DNA from: Parasitella parasitica NRRL 2501
Lineage: Eukaryota; Fungi; Mucoromycota
Direction of reading: 5' to 3'
Assembly: GCA_025201805.1 (NCBI GenBank)
Contig: MU619300.1
Coordinates: 85,832-149,831, forward strand
Length of the DNA: 64,000 nt
Made by a program: the position numbers and the translations under genes. Within the stretch, counting starts at the first letter, position 1; every line of letters starts with the position of its first letter. Positions 13,259-24,559 of this stretch are shown piece by piece. Under the pieces are notes generated by a model, which made no database searches, was not told the origin of the DNA, and was given only the letters and a program-made list of their open reading frames with translations.

Positions 13259-14219
13259 ACTGTTAAGGCCGAAATGGGGATTTACGAACTTGTTTGGAAC
13301 AGAAAAGAAAAACAGAGATGATTTTTATAACTAATTGAATTTATATGAGGTGACTTGAATGGTGCTTACTTCAAAGCATATCTTTTCCCTCGAGACATTT
13401 CACAACATGTGCAAAAAATCATGATAATATTCATAAACTTGTACTTGAGGGGATAACGAGCAAACCAGATGCACTAGTGTATGTGGATGCTCTGTTCAGT
13501 GTTTTGTACTTCAAAGCAGAAATCCATACATAATATGTGTTTGTTGTTACTGATGGCAATGTGCTCGGCTATATTTTCACATGTCAATTAAAAAAACATC
13601 CAGAATCTCACAATATTTATGAGCCCATAAATAAAGTATTTACTATGTTGATATCAAGGCACAAGAAGAAGGCGTAAAACTTTGATGGGGGTGGTGTATT
13701 TCCTTCTTGACGTGTTCAATTCTCCAGAACTAAATGGGCCGCTCAAACTCATAGTTTTTATTTAATGCCCTTTTTTTTAAATTGATACATTAGTCAAATA
13801 TAGTGCAACATATTTTACAAACTCGCAGAACACAGACTTTTTGTCGACCGGTTGAAAAAAGTAAATTTTCTTTAATCGCAGATCCTAAATGTGATGCCAG
13901 TAGGATATTTTTGGAAGTCTGCTTCAGATTTGCACGATCTTGCATTAATTTATGAATAAATGTATCTTTTAATAGCACGTTTCTAACATGAAACAAGGAA
14001 GGACATGCTCTACCTTATGCCAAGGCTTCAAAAACTAGAGTTTAAGGGCGGTTGCAATTCGACTAAGAAACATACAATATAGCAAGTTTTCCTGCTTTTG
14101 GATTTTCCTATTCAGGTTTGTACCTGTGCTTTCTCATTATACACAACACTGCTAATATAAATGGTGATATGGTAAAATAAAGAAAGAGATTTTATTGATT
14201 TATATACAAAAATAAATAT

Positions 14220-14417
14220 TTAATGAAGTTTTGGGCATTGCTTGGCCTCTTCAGTGTTGGTTTGTATATTTCCATGTTCATCAATTGTCATGGCATGACC
14301 AGTTTCCTTTTGATGAATTTTGTTTGCTTGTTCAGCAACCTTCTTGCGTTCATCATCGGTAGTAACTTGATGAGTTTTTTCGACAAGTTCTTCGAGTTTG
14401 GCTCCTTGAGAATTCAT
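14220..14417 (-). CDS. Small hydrophilic 65-aa hypothetical protein
   Basis: ATG in an aaaacATG context; TATATAAATA box ~55 nt upstream; charged composition; AT-rich 3' region. Confidence 0.55.
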   Translation of the reverse strand: MNSQGAKLEELVEKTHQVTTDDERKKVAEQANKIHQKETGHAMTIDEHGNIQTNTEEAKQCPKLH

Positions 14418-15674
14418 GTTTTATGTTGTAACGTGTGTACCGAATACTTGAGGTCTTTTGAAAAGAGTCTTATTTATATATAAGGCTTGTTTATGCGATT
14501 TTTGTTTCATTATCTCATCGGTACTTTACTAGTGTGGGAGTCTGATCCGCCTCAAACCAAGCAAATGTTGACTATGACGATGTTTCTCGGCAAATATGAT
14601 AGAATTTGCGACATTACTTTGTAGTCAGGAAGCTTGAAAATCTCTTACTTTATAATTTCACATTTGGAATAGCTAAATAAGTAAAAGTACCTAGCTTTTA
14701 TTGTGATACATAGTCGATTACTCTCAAACTATCCGTGAAAGACGGTGTTTTGCGTTTACAAAAAGGCTTGCCAACAGGGAGTAATTAATATGAAACCCAT
14801 TAAGCCAGGATTTTCATATACCAACAATCATTTCAATTGTCCCCACATGTTTCTAATGTGGAAGTTTGAAACGTCCTATTGCAGGGTACTCTCAAGCCTC
14901 ATGGAACTGAGAAGAGCATCAATCTAAATGTTACTTGGCCCACACTTGCGGGTAGTAAAGTTGATCTACTTGATAATATGAATGTTGACCCTTCACAGTA
15001 TCTCAATAGAAAGAAGGGGAAAGCAGAGACTAGATCTGTTAACTGAAAGAAAAAAAAAAAGACAAGTTCTTTCAAGTTTTCGAAGGGACCTAAATGTTGG
15101 AAAGAAAGACATTTACACGCTTTGCCTGCCATTAGAGGGCATTTGAAAACTCATTAAATCTGGTAGTCACCCTAGTCAAGAATTAACAAGTACTGGTATC
15201 TACTATTCGTGTCTAAACCGTGGAGCTAATCAACAATCATCAATGCAAAAAAATTAAAAAAAACAAAACCAAATATAACAGAAGAAGAAGCAGAAGAGCT
15301 CAATGAACAATCAGAGCTTATTCTGATAGAGATGAAGAGACAGCCCAATTACCCACCATTGTAATTAAAAAATGTGGTTCGTATTGAATTGGTTTTTCTG
15401 TGATATGTATTTTGAGGAAGAGCTTCACATCAGCAGGTCTTTTGAAAAAATTCGTGTCTTGACTGTATATGTCTTGCTTTCGACTTTTTACCAAACGTGC
15501 TATGAAACTCTCTGATAGGCCCAAATGAGCTCGGTGAAACTTATACATGAAATACAAGCTAAAGTCCGAAGTGGCAATTTAAATCGAATATGAAAAACAT
15601 GATCATTGAGATAAAATTAAATGATTTATTAAGTAGTAGATTGTAATTATGGGTTGCTAAAAAGTATTAGAGAT

Positions 15675-16788
15675 TTACTGAGGCGTGTTGGCTGGTTGAA
15701 GGACGGGCGTCTGGTAGCCGTGCATGGGAACAGAAACCGAATTGGGATCATTTACAACATTCGCGGTATTCGCAGTATTTGCTGTATTGATGCCATTGGG
15801 ATCATAAGTCTGTCCAGCTTGCATTGTGTGTGATATTCCAGGAGATAGTTGTTGTTGGCCCATGGAAGGAGAGACCATGTAGGGCTGCTGCAACATAGTA
15901 GCGTCTTGTCCATGCTGTGGTGTATGCTGAAAGACGGGAGAAGTAGCATACAATGGTTGGTTGGTGCCAGCAATGACATTGCTATCCTTGTAGTTGGGGT
16001 CAACTTGAGCCTTGTTTCTCTTACGACCGATACCACAACATCCACGACGACCACCAGTACCAGTAGAAACATCTTTGTAGCTATTATCGTAGTAAGAATC
16101 CTTCTTGCGACCACAGCAAGTGCCACTAGAGTAGCAAAAGAAGGAAACAAGCAAGGAAAGAACTGCGCCAATGGTAATCCAAAGAGCATTACCAGCATGT
16201 GCATTCCAAGTGTTGTCTGCGCTTGTTATCTGCCTGATGCCAGATAGTACCAGCACAAGAGCCAAGATTAGAGCAACCAGCATGATCATGAAGTTGATGA
16301 ACACAAGTGTGGACATGGAGTAACCCCATCCTCGTTTCTTCAAGCAGCAAATTGGAAGACTCATGAGCCAGAAAATGAAGCTCAAGCCGAGGGCAACGAA
16401 CACCAAAATGAACAGACCTAAAAATAGGCCTTTTGTCATCCAACTGTTGGCTAGGTTGGGAACAAGATTGACAATGTTGGGCGTCTGGGCCCAGTTGTAA
16501 GCAGGAGTTGGCTGAGAGCAGCTTGATATACCGCCATTGCCATCACCAGTGCAGTAATTCCTACCTGGAGTTAGACGAGCAAACAAACAAACAAACAAAC
16601 AAGCTTGATTAGGCTTACCACAAACCAAGGTTGTACGACAGATTCTGCTGATTATTCCATGCCGAAACGTAGTAGATCTCAGTCAAGAATTGCCTATTAG
16701 ACAGTTGGCCTATCATAATGAACAGTTCTAGTATAAAACTAAAGACCAAAAATAGGGAGCCTAATGCCGTAAAAGTAGGGAAACACAT
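15675..16788 (-). CDS. SUR7/PalI-family tetraspan membrane protein (intron ~16561-16618)
   Basis: N-terminal TM, YNLGLW-NYC...C motif, three further TMs, GNALW; Gln/Pro-rich cytoplasmic tail. Confidence 0.8.
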
Positions 16789-17699
16789 TTGTTGACTGAA
16801 TAAACAAACAAAAATAAAACAAAGAAATAGAGGTAGGCAGTAATGCTGATCTGAAGGGTTATATAACGTTGCATGAGACTGAAAGTCTCGGGGCATTACC
16901 ATGGTGGTTATCCAATGAGACCAAAGACCAAAAAAGAAACCCTTGGTAACATGTATTGTTTATGTCATGATGAGAAACACAGTTAGAGTCTATTTGGGTG
17001 CAATCGAATGCATTATGGTGCGACGTACTGGTATCCATAATAATCTTTTGTTTCATATAGATACAGTGCTTCTGGTGAATTTTAGCCTTCTTTTTAAAGA
17101 AATTCATGGAGATTTCTGAAAGTGGAAAGGCAGTTTTTTCACCTTTTTAAAATATAATATGCACTAGAGTATACCATTAACGAGCAATCTCAATTTTGCT
17201 TACGCTTGAGTCATCGTCGCTCTTTGAGAAGTTTATCAATCACTGCCATTCATAAGGCAAACAATTCTATTGATTTTGATGAATGCACAACAAAAAACTT
17301 GGTGTTTTCAATATATAAAATTTAGAGTGTAATTCAATTATAAATACGCCCTGTTTCAACATTGAATGTCAATAAAGTTTTAACAATCAATACGCAGGAT
17401 TTTGTATATAAAACTACTTATGATTCAAGAGAATTCGGGTGACAGTCAAGGTGAAACTATATAGATGCGCTGAAGAATAGATGCACTTTAATGGATCCAG
17501 AAAGGCGAGATTTACTTTACTGTATGCAGGAAACAAGCAGGCCATGGTGCATGCAAAGATGACAAGAACAAAAGCTATAAGACATTATGAAGTTCTAAGA
17601 AATAAACCAAACCTGCTTCCGTTCAAATCATCAGAAGCGAAGTTAGCAAAGACCAGATAATGATCAGTGGCTTTATTATCACAAAGGCTTCTCTTACAA

Positions 17700-17970
17700 A
17701 CAAATCATCAAATCAATTGATAGTTTGGGATCACTGAAAAGAACTCAATCACATCCATCGGCAATTCTTGATGAAAGGGCCTCTTCTTTGAAGAGCCTCT
17801 CTCTTTTTAGCTTGCTCTTGCAAACGCACCAAAACTGCTTAATGGGATTGAGCTTTGAAAGATAGACACATCTATATCCACGGCTTTCTGTAATGCTTTT
17901 GATACCTCCATTTATGTAAAGGAGGGGTTGTTGTTTTTGTCTATGGTCAAGCAAAATCATTAAAACCATT
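17700..17970 (-). mobile_element. Degenerate Tc1/IS630-like DDE transposase fragment
   Basis: ESRGYRCVYL-SKLNPIKQFWCVCKSKLKR matches the DDE_3 C-terminal motif YLPPYSPELNPIEQFW, with a small deletion and E->K. Confidence 0.7.
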
Positions 17971-18388
17971 TTAATGTAAAGTTATGAATGTTTGCAAGAT
18001 AGCTAATTGCAGATACAGTAATGTGTCTAAAACCTCTACTTTATTTACCGCCGTAGACATAAGAAGCGTGTTTGCCTTTATCCCTCTAATAACAGCTGCT
18101 TGAGTATACTGAGACACAATAAAGCAGATATTTATTTTCTTTGCATTTTCTACAACTAAACAAATACATCAATTCGAGTGAACGCAACTCTTAATGTGCA
18201 GCAGGTAGCTCTTCGCACTTGGAATGTGATGCTATCTTCCTACCATAGGAAATAATGACCTATGGCCCCAAAAGGTCAAGAGTCTCGTTTACAAGGGCAG
18301 TTTATGTTGTTGACATGAACATGATTACAGCAACAATTTCATTCAGGCAAATGATGGCATACAGCATAATGCCAACTCCTGCGCCACT

Positions 18389-18451
18389 TCGCGTTATTCT
18401 TGCATGAAAGGACCTTGCATTCAGCTTATCGTCACGCGATTTAAGACGCGA
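18389..18451. promoter_or_regulatory. Three MCB-like ACGCGA elements upstream of the RNR gene
   Basis: TCGCGT 18389-18394, ACGCGA 18434-18439 and ACGCGA 18446-18451, about 85-145 nt before the ATG. CGCG is scarce in this AT-rich DNA. Confidence 0.55.
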
Positions 18452-18533
18452 TGTTTATTTATTTATAATCCAAAAAAGGATGTTTCATCGTTTTTCCCTC
18501 TTTCTTTCATCAAATAATTTTCACTGCCAAACT

Positions 18534-21088
18534 ATGTACGTTCTAAAGAGAGGTAAAGTATAGATGTCGTCGCATGTACGCAACGTGCCGCTCACCAGCT
18601 TGCTTTATTCGAAAGACGGAACCCAAGAAAAAGTCTTTTTCGATAAAATTAGCTCTCGCATCAACATCTTGTGCAAAGGCCTGGATGAAAACTTTGTTGA
18701 TCCTCCCAAGATCTCTCAAAAGGTAGTTACTGGCATGTATCCTGGTATTACCACTGTTCAGTTGGATAATTTGGCTGCAGAGATTGCTGTGGACATGACG
18801 GACATTCATCCTGACTATGCCGTTCTGGCTGCCCGGATCTCTGTCTCCAACCTTCAAAAGGAAACGCATGACAAATTCTCAGATGCCATGCAAGAGTTAT
18901 ACAACAACAAGCACCCCAAGACAGGCGCTTCCAATCCTTTGGTTTCCAAGGAGTTTTTAGACATGGTTTTAGAAAATGCAGACAAGATCAATGCTGCCAT
19001 CGATTACCAACGTGATTTCGACTTCAACTATTTTGGTTTCAAGATTCTCGAACAGAATTATCTCTTGAAGGTTGGTGACAAAATTGTCGAGCGTCCTCAG
19101 CAAATGCTGATGCGTGTTGCGCTCGCAATTCACGGCCACGATTTCGAATCTGCATTCCAGGCGTACGACTACACCTCCCGCCAGCTTTTTACTTATGCCG
19201 AAACAACCATCTTGAATGCTGGTACTGCAAACGGTCAGCTCTCTAGTTTCTTTCAAGTTCAAATGAAGGAAGATAGTATCGAGGGTATTTACGATACTGT
19301 CGCAACTTGTGCTCGTATCTCCAAAGCGTCTGGTACTGTCGGTATGAGCTTTCAAAAGATTCGTGCCTCGGGCTCTTATATCGCTGGTACTAATGGTACG
19401 TCTAACGGTATTATTCCCATGTTGCGTGTATTCAATGATGCTGCACGTTTCATCACTCCTGGTGCTAAAAAGGTAAAGGGTACGTATGCTGTTTATCTCG
19501 AGCCTTGGCATGCCGATATCTTTGAGTTTATTGATCTCTCGAAAAACTCTGGCGAGGAGAATCTCCGTGCTCGTCATCTCCTTCTTGGTCTTTGGATTCC
19601 TGACATCTTTATGAAGCGTAAGTTTTGCATTGGCATAATTGTGCCATGTGTTCTGTGCTAACCCTGCGGTGGTTTTATAGGTGTCGAAGAGAATGGGGAT
19701 TGGTCTTTAATGTGTCCTAATGAATGTCCTCGTCTTGATACCACTTATGGCCAAGAATTTGAGGATCTCTATCTGGGTTATGAAAAGGCTGGTAAGGCTA
19801 GAAAGACTGTATCTGCTCAAAAGCTATGGTTCTCTATTTTGGATGCTCAAATCGAGAGTAGCATGCCTTTCATGTGTTATAAAGGTATATCTGGCTTTAG
19901 TGATGAAGAGATACATTTGCTAACAGCATTTGCCATGCGATAGATGCTGCTAATGAAAAAAACAATCAAAAGAACCTTGGTGTCATCTCTGGATCCAACC
20001 TTCGTGCTGATATCATGCAATATTCGGATGCTGAAGAGGTCTCTTCCACCAATATTGCCTCCATCGCTCTTCCCAAGTGTGTTGATGCTCACACTCGCAC
20101 CTTCAACTTTGAAACTCTTCACGACATTGTCAAGCTTGTCATCAAAAACCTAGATAGAATGATTGATGCCAACAAGTACGTACTGGAAGAGGCCGAGAAG
20201 AGTGCTCTCAAGCACAGAGCTATCGGGTTAGGTGTTCAAGGCTTGGCTGACGTATTCTTGATGATGCATCATCCTTTTGATTCCCCTGAAGCCCGCCAGT
20301 TGAACAGAGATATCTTTGAGTCCATCTATTTTGCTGCCCTCGAAGCTTCTAATGAATTAGCACAAAAAAATGGTGCTTATCCTTCATATGAAGGCTCTCC
20401 CATCAGTCAAGGCATATTGCAACACGATTTATGGAATGTGGAAGGCTCTGATCGTCTTGATTGGGCTACGCTTCGTGCTAATATCAAGGAGCATGGTGTG
20501 CGTAACTCCCTCCTCGTCGCTCCTATGCCAACTACCACCACTAGCCAATTTCTCGGTAACAACGATGGCATTGAACCTTATCAGAGCATGGTTTTCACTC
20601 ATCGCTCTGCTACTGGCGAATGCCAAGCTGTCAACCCTCATTTGCTCAAGGACTTGATTGAGCGCGGTATGTGGAGCCCTCAAGTCAAAGATATGTTGAT
20701 CCAATCCAACGGCAGTGTCCAAAAGCTTCCTTTGATCTCTGATGATCTCAAGAAGCTGTACAAGACTGTGTGGGAAATCTCACAACGTGTTGTCATCGAT
20801 ATGGCTGCTGATCGTGCTGCTTTTATCGACCAGTCGCAATCACTCAACTTGTTCTCCGCCGACCCTAATTATAGTCGTCTTTCATCTATGCATTTTTACT
20901 GCTGGAAGAAGGGGCTGAAGACTGGTATGCAATATCTCAGGACGAGTCCTCTTGAAGCAATGAGATTAACTATGGGTGAAGAACAAAAGGAAGATATCGA
21001 ACAGGAAATTGAAAAGACGGCTGAAGATTTGGCTGCTATCGCTTGTTCTCTTGAAAACCCTGAAGCTTGTGTTAGCTGTAGCGGATAA
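18534..21088 (+). CDS. RNR1: Class Ia ribonucleotide reductase large subunit homolog, predicted catalytically inactive (exons 18534-18552, 18616-19617, 19681-19884, 19944-21088; 789 aa)
   Basis: ATP cone MYVLKRDG..., [61 protein letters not shown]. Three GT-AG introns give an uninterrupted frame. Catalytic residues are substituted (see findings). Confidence 0.93.
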
Positions 21089-21424
21089 ATTGCTTGATTT
21101 TATTTTATTTTTTGCATTGTTTAAACTTGTATCATATAATATCATTGTCAACCACTCTCCTTTCCCCTCTCTCTTACTTCAAAGAATCAATAAACAAAAA
21201 AGAACCCGTTTTCGCTAAAAGTAGTGGTTGTTGCGCATATAAATATTCCTTTCCTCTTGGAAAATCACATTCACGAGGAACTACTGAGAAGCCTATTATA
21301 CAATGATAAAGCTAAATTTTATTAATTATTTTTGTATTTTTAATACAAAGACGTGTGTAAGAATGTATGCATGTACATTGGGTCATTCAATATAAAGCTA
21401 TGGCAGGGTTGCACAACTAGGAAT

Positions 21425-22570
21425 CTACTGTAAATGGACAGTATACTGTAATTGAAGTCGATCCAAGTAGCTACAAACAAGATTCTTTGCAAAGCTATTG
21501 TCAAGTGCAATCCCAAAGGTTCGTTCCTTGTGACCCGTTCGCGTAGAATATGAAATGACTGGATCAGCGTAATAAGAAGGGCGAAGAAACACTAATTTAG
21601 TCTTCCAATCTTCTTTTTCAGGTGGGAGTGTATTGAAAATATACTTGAGGTACGTTAAAAGATTTGCTGGCTTGATATTCTTGATGCATAATTTGCTGTC
21701 TGCGAGGACATTCATCCATAGCATAAAATCTCTGACGGCTTCGAGCTGACTCGGTGGTTGTGAATCGTTTACTGAATCAAAGATACTGATCGTCAACTTT
21801 TCAGCATTAGTGAGGTTGAAGAGGAATTTGTTTAATTCTGCATGGTTAAACCCATTTGCTACTTTTGATGAAATCTCCAAATCTCGCAATGAGGAATGCT
21901 CCTTGGCCGGTATACGAGACATCAACGGTGATTGTGTCAATTGGAATTTCACGTATGAAAGTCGAGTACTAGTATTTAGCACAGAGGAAATGATTGCAAG
22001 CGGATCAGTCAGAGCACCTAGAGTCAATTCTCTAAGATTGGGAAAGCCGCAATTCAACACTAGCTCGCAATTTACTTCAGGGCTTTGTAGATCAAGCTGT
22101 GTTATTGACAGCCGAAATTTTCGGACGCACAAGCCGTAGTATATATCATAGTTAACGATAGGGATGCGCTGGAGCCGATCCAAGTGCATATCATCAGGCA
22201 ATGAACTGAGTGAATGAAGCACAGCATTATCAATAACGTTATTGCTGGTTATTGAGCGTATATCTCTGCAGTATTGAATAAACGATCTAACAGTTGTCGC
22301 AAACCTGTGCATGCTACTAATCTGGTAGACATTGAAATGAATACTTTTGACCAATGAGCCGCGCGGTGAGGAGCTGTATTGAGACTTCTGCATGTAGAGG
22401 GTGAACTTTACGAGGCTTATCTCGGTATTAAAATCCACTTTTTCGTATGGCTTTGATCCAACCGCGATATGCCATGTGTGACAAACAAGCTGGCATGCTG
22501 CAAGATCTGTCGAGTACAAGTTATTAAGTACGTTTTCAAGTAGCTCAACAGGCAAATTAGAAATTGACAT
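21425..22570 (-). CDS. F-box protein (intronless, lineage-expanded F-box/LRR-like type)
   Basis: N-terminal F-box LPVELLENVLNNL...CQLVCHTW followed by degenerate LRR-like segments. Confidence 0.8.
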   Translation of the reverse strand: MSISNLPVELLENVLNNLYSTDLAACQLVCHTWHIAVGSKPYEKVDFNTEISLVKFTLYMQKSQYSSSPRGSLVKSIHFNVYQISSMHRFATTVRSFIQYCRDIRSITSNNVIDNAVLHSLSSLPDDMHLDRLQRIPIVNYDIYYGLCVRKFRLSITQLDLQSPEVNCELVLNCGFPNLRELTLGALTDPLAIISSVLNTSTRLSYVKFQLTQSPLMSRIPAKEHSSLRDLEISSKVANGFNHAELNKFLFNLTNAEKLTISIFDSVNDSQPPSQLEAVRDFMLWMNVLADSKLCIKNIKPANLLTYLKYIFNTLPPEKEDWKTKLVFLRPSYYADPVISYSTRTGHKERTFGIALDNSFAKNLVCSYLDRLQLQYTVHLQ

Positions 22571-24559
22571 TATAAAATGACTGATGTAAACTGAAGAAAA
22601 AAAACGAAAAAAAGAAAAGATACCCAGTACAGATTTATTCTTTGAGTGTGGAAGAATAAATTCATATGCATCAGCTTAATAGCTTGACGTCAATAGCATA
22701 TAACACTCTATAAAATAAGCAAATAATTTGTATCTGTGATGTATCCAAAATACCATGTGCCTGATTTAAGTAAACACATCATCTTTGTACTCTTGGACTA
22801 GGATATGACTAAAGACTTTTCTTGTGATATAAAATTCAATCTAAGCAATATGGTGGCTACATTGTACATATTGAAATGGCTCTCTTCAAACGAAGATTAG
22901 AAAATTTCAGATTATATTAGTGCCTCTTCCTATTAATTAACAAAACTGCGATGACGCATCACCTGTACATTATAAATATATTCTAGATTATCCCTATAGA
23001 ATGCACAGCAGTGGTGGCAGTAATTTATCAATTTAGATTCAATAGATCTAAAAGGACTCAAATTACAAGTGATTTACCAAATTCCAAGTTTATGTTTATT
23101 GTAAATTTAAACAATACCAAATAGATTCGGACGCAGCTAGTGCACAGTTCATATTTATATTCTTAAACTCTTTATCTTTAGACTTTGTTTATTGCTTTGT
23201 CTTTGTCGTTTATGTGGCTAAATAGTTAGATGTTCAGTCATCAGGGGGTAACCTTGATATTTCTGCTCCTTCCTCTTCATTTCCAGGAGTTAATGTGCTT
23301 ACCCAAAATGCCAAAAATCACCAATGCCATCGATGTCAGAGTCAAAAGGTTACTAGAAATGAGCTCGTTGTAGACTACTTCAGACAGAGACCTTCAAGCT
23401 TCTCCTTGCAAAAGAATCCAACCAAAGCGTTACAGAGAGAGGCGTTCCCGTATGGATAAAAAAAAACGCCATTAGTTCAATCACATTGCTTACCAAGTTT
23501 GAGTATGAAACGTATTACCTGAGCTTTTTTTCTTTTTTCTTTTTTGAACCAGCTGCAAGAAGAAATATCAACACCTAGACGGACATATTTATAAACAAAG
23601 CTTGTTGGAAGCGATGTTCTTACAAATAAGCGGGGTTGTCGCTTCTTAAGGGATAAGTACCCAAGTCTAGCTTATGCTGTGTTAAGCAGGCGGGCATCTT
23701 TTATCTTAAGTTCCTAGAAGGAATCCCTTAACGATAAAAAGAAACTGGGTTGGCGAAACTTATCTCATGGTTGAGTATGAGGTGAAGAGTCCTAGCCTGA
23801 GCAATATTTTGCTGATTCTTACAGAAGAAGAGCCATTTTCTTTTTCTTTTTTAACTTCAGTATTTGAACCGTTGAGATGCTGAATATACTGTATTAGGTA
23901 ATTGTGACAACACTTTGTATAAGGTTTACAAGTTATTCATGCATGAAAAAAAAAAGGTTTATGAGTTTTGTTAAAGAGAGTCTCAAAAGCACCATCGACA
24001 CTGTACCTATGCACGACCATAAATACCTTAAATCAAGAGATAGTTTTTTCTCAGAACATCCCCTTTCTGAATGGGATTTGACTAACTACATCAAGTATTC
24101 CTAATGAAAAACATTCACAAGAGCAAAAAATGCCCTCGAAAGAACGTTTTTATAACATCTGAAAAGCATTGCAAGAGATCTATCAATATCAGTGAGTAAT
24201 TAAAAGGCTCTGTAAACAATATCTTCAAAGAAAGTGAAAACAAAGATGAAAACCAGGTACGTCAAGGAAAATTGTAGCAGACGGTCAAGTCGCTAAACTT
24301 TAATTTGCAACGATGTCTTGTTGTAAGAATGAGTCAAGTTTATAAAATAAACTGCAATGTGATTTCTAGCAATATTGGCCTTATCGTTTCGTCAAGCAAT
24401 ACCACTATTAAAAAATATTGAAGGAAGACAAAATTTGAGGTATTTACGTAAATAACAAGTTTTAAGACTTTTTTTTTCTTGAATGATGTAGCTTTTTGTA
24501 AATATACAAAAGACAACAGCTACGTTAATGCTACAGATAAAGTATGGATTATGTAGCGT

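Noticed and set aside
18534-21088. RNR gene as a frameshifted pseudogene (split across several ORFs in the track)
   Set aside because: All breaks coincide with canonical GT-AG introns, and the spliced frame is open for 789 codons.
23300-24500. Short ORFs resembling repeat-derived proteins
   Set aside because: Too degraded to assign to a family.
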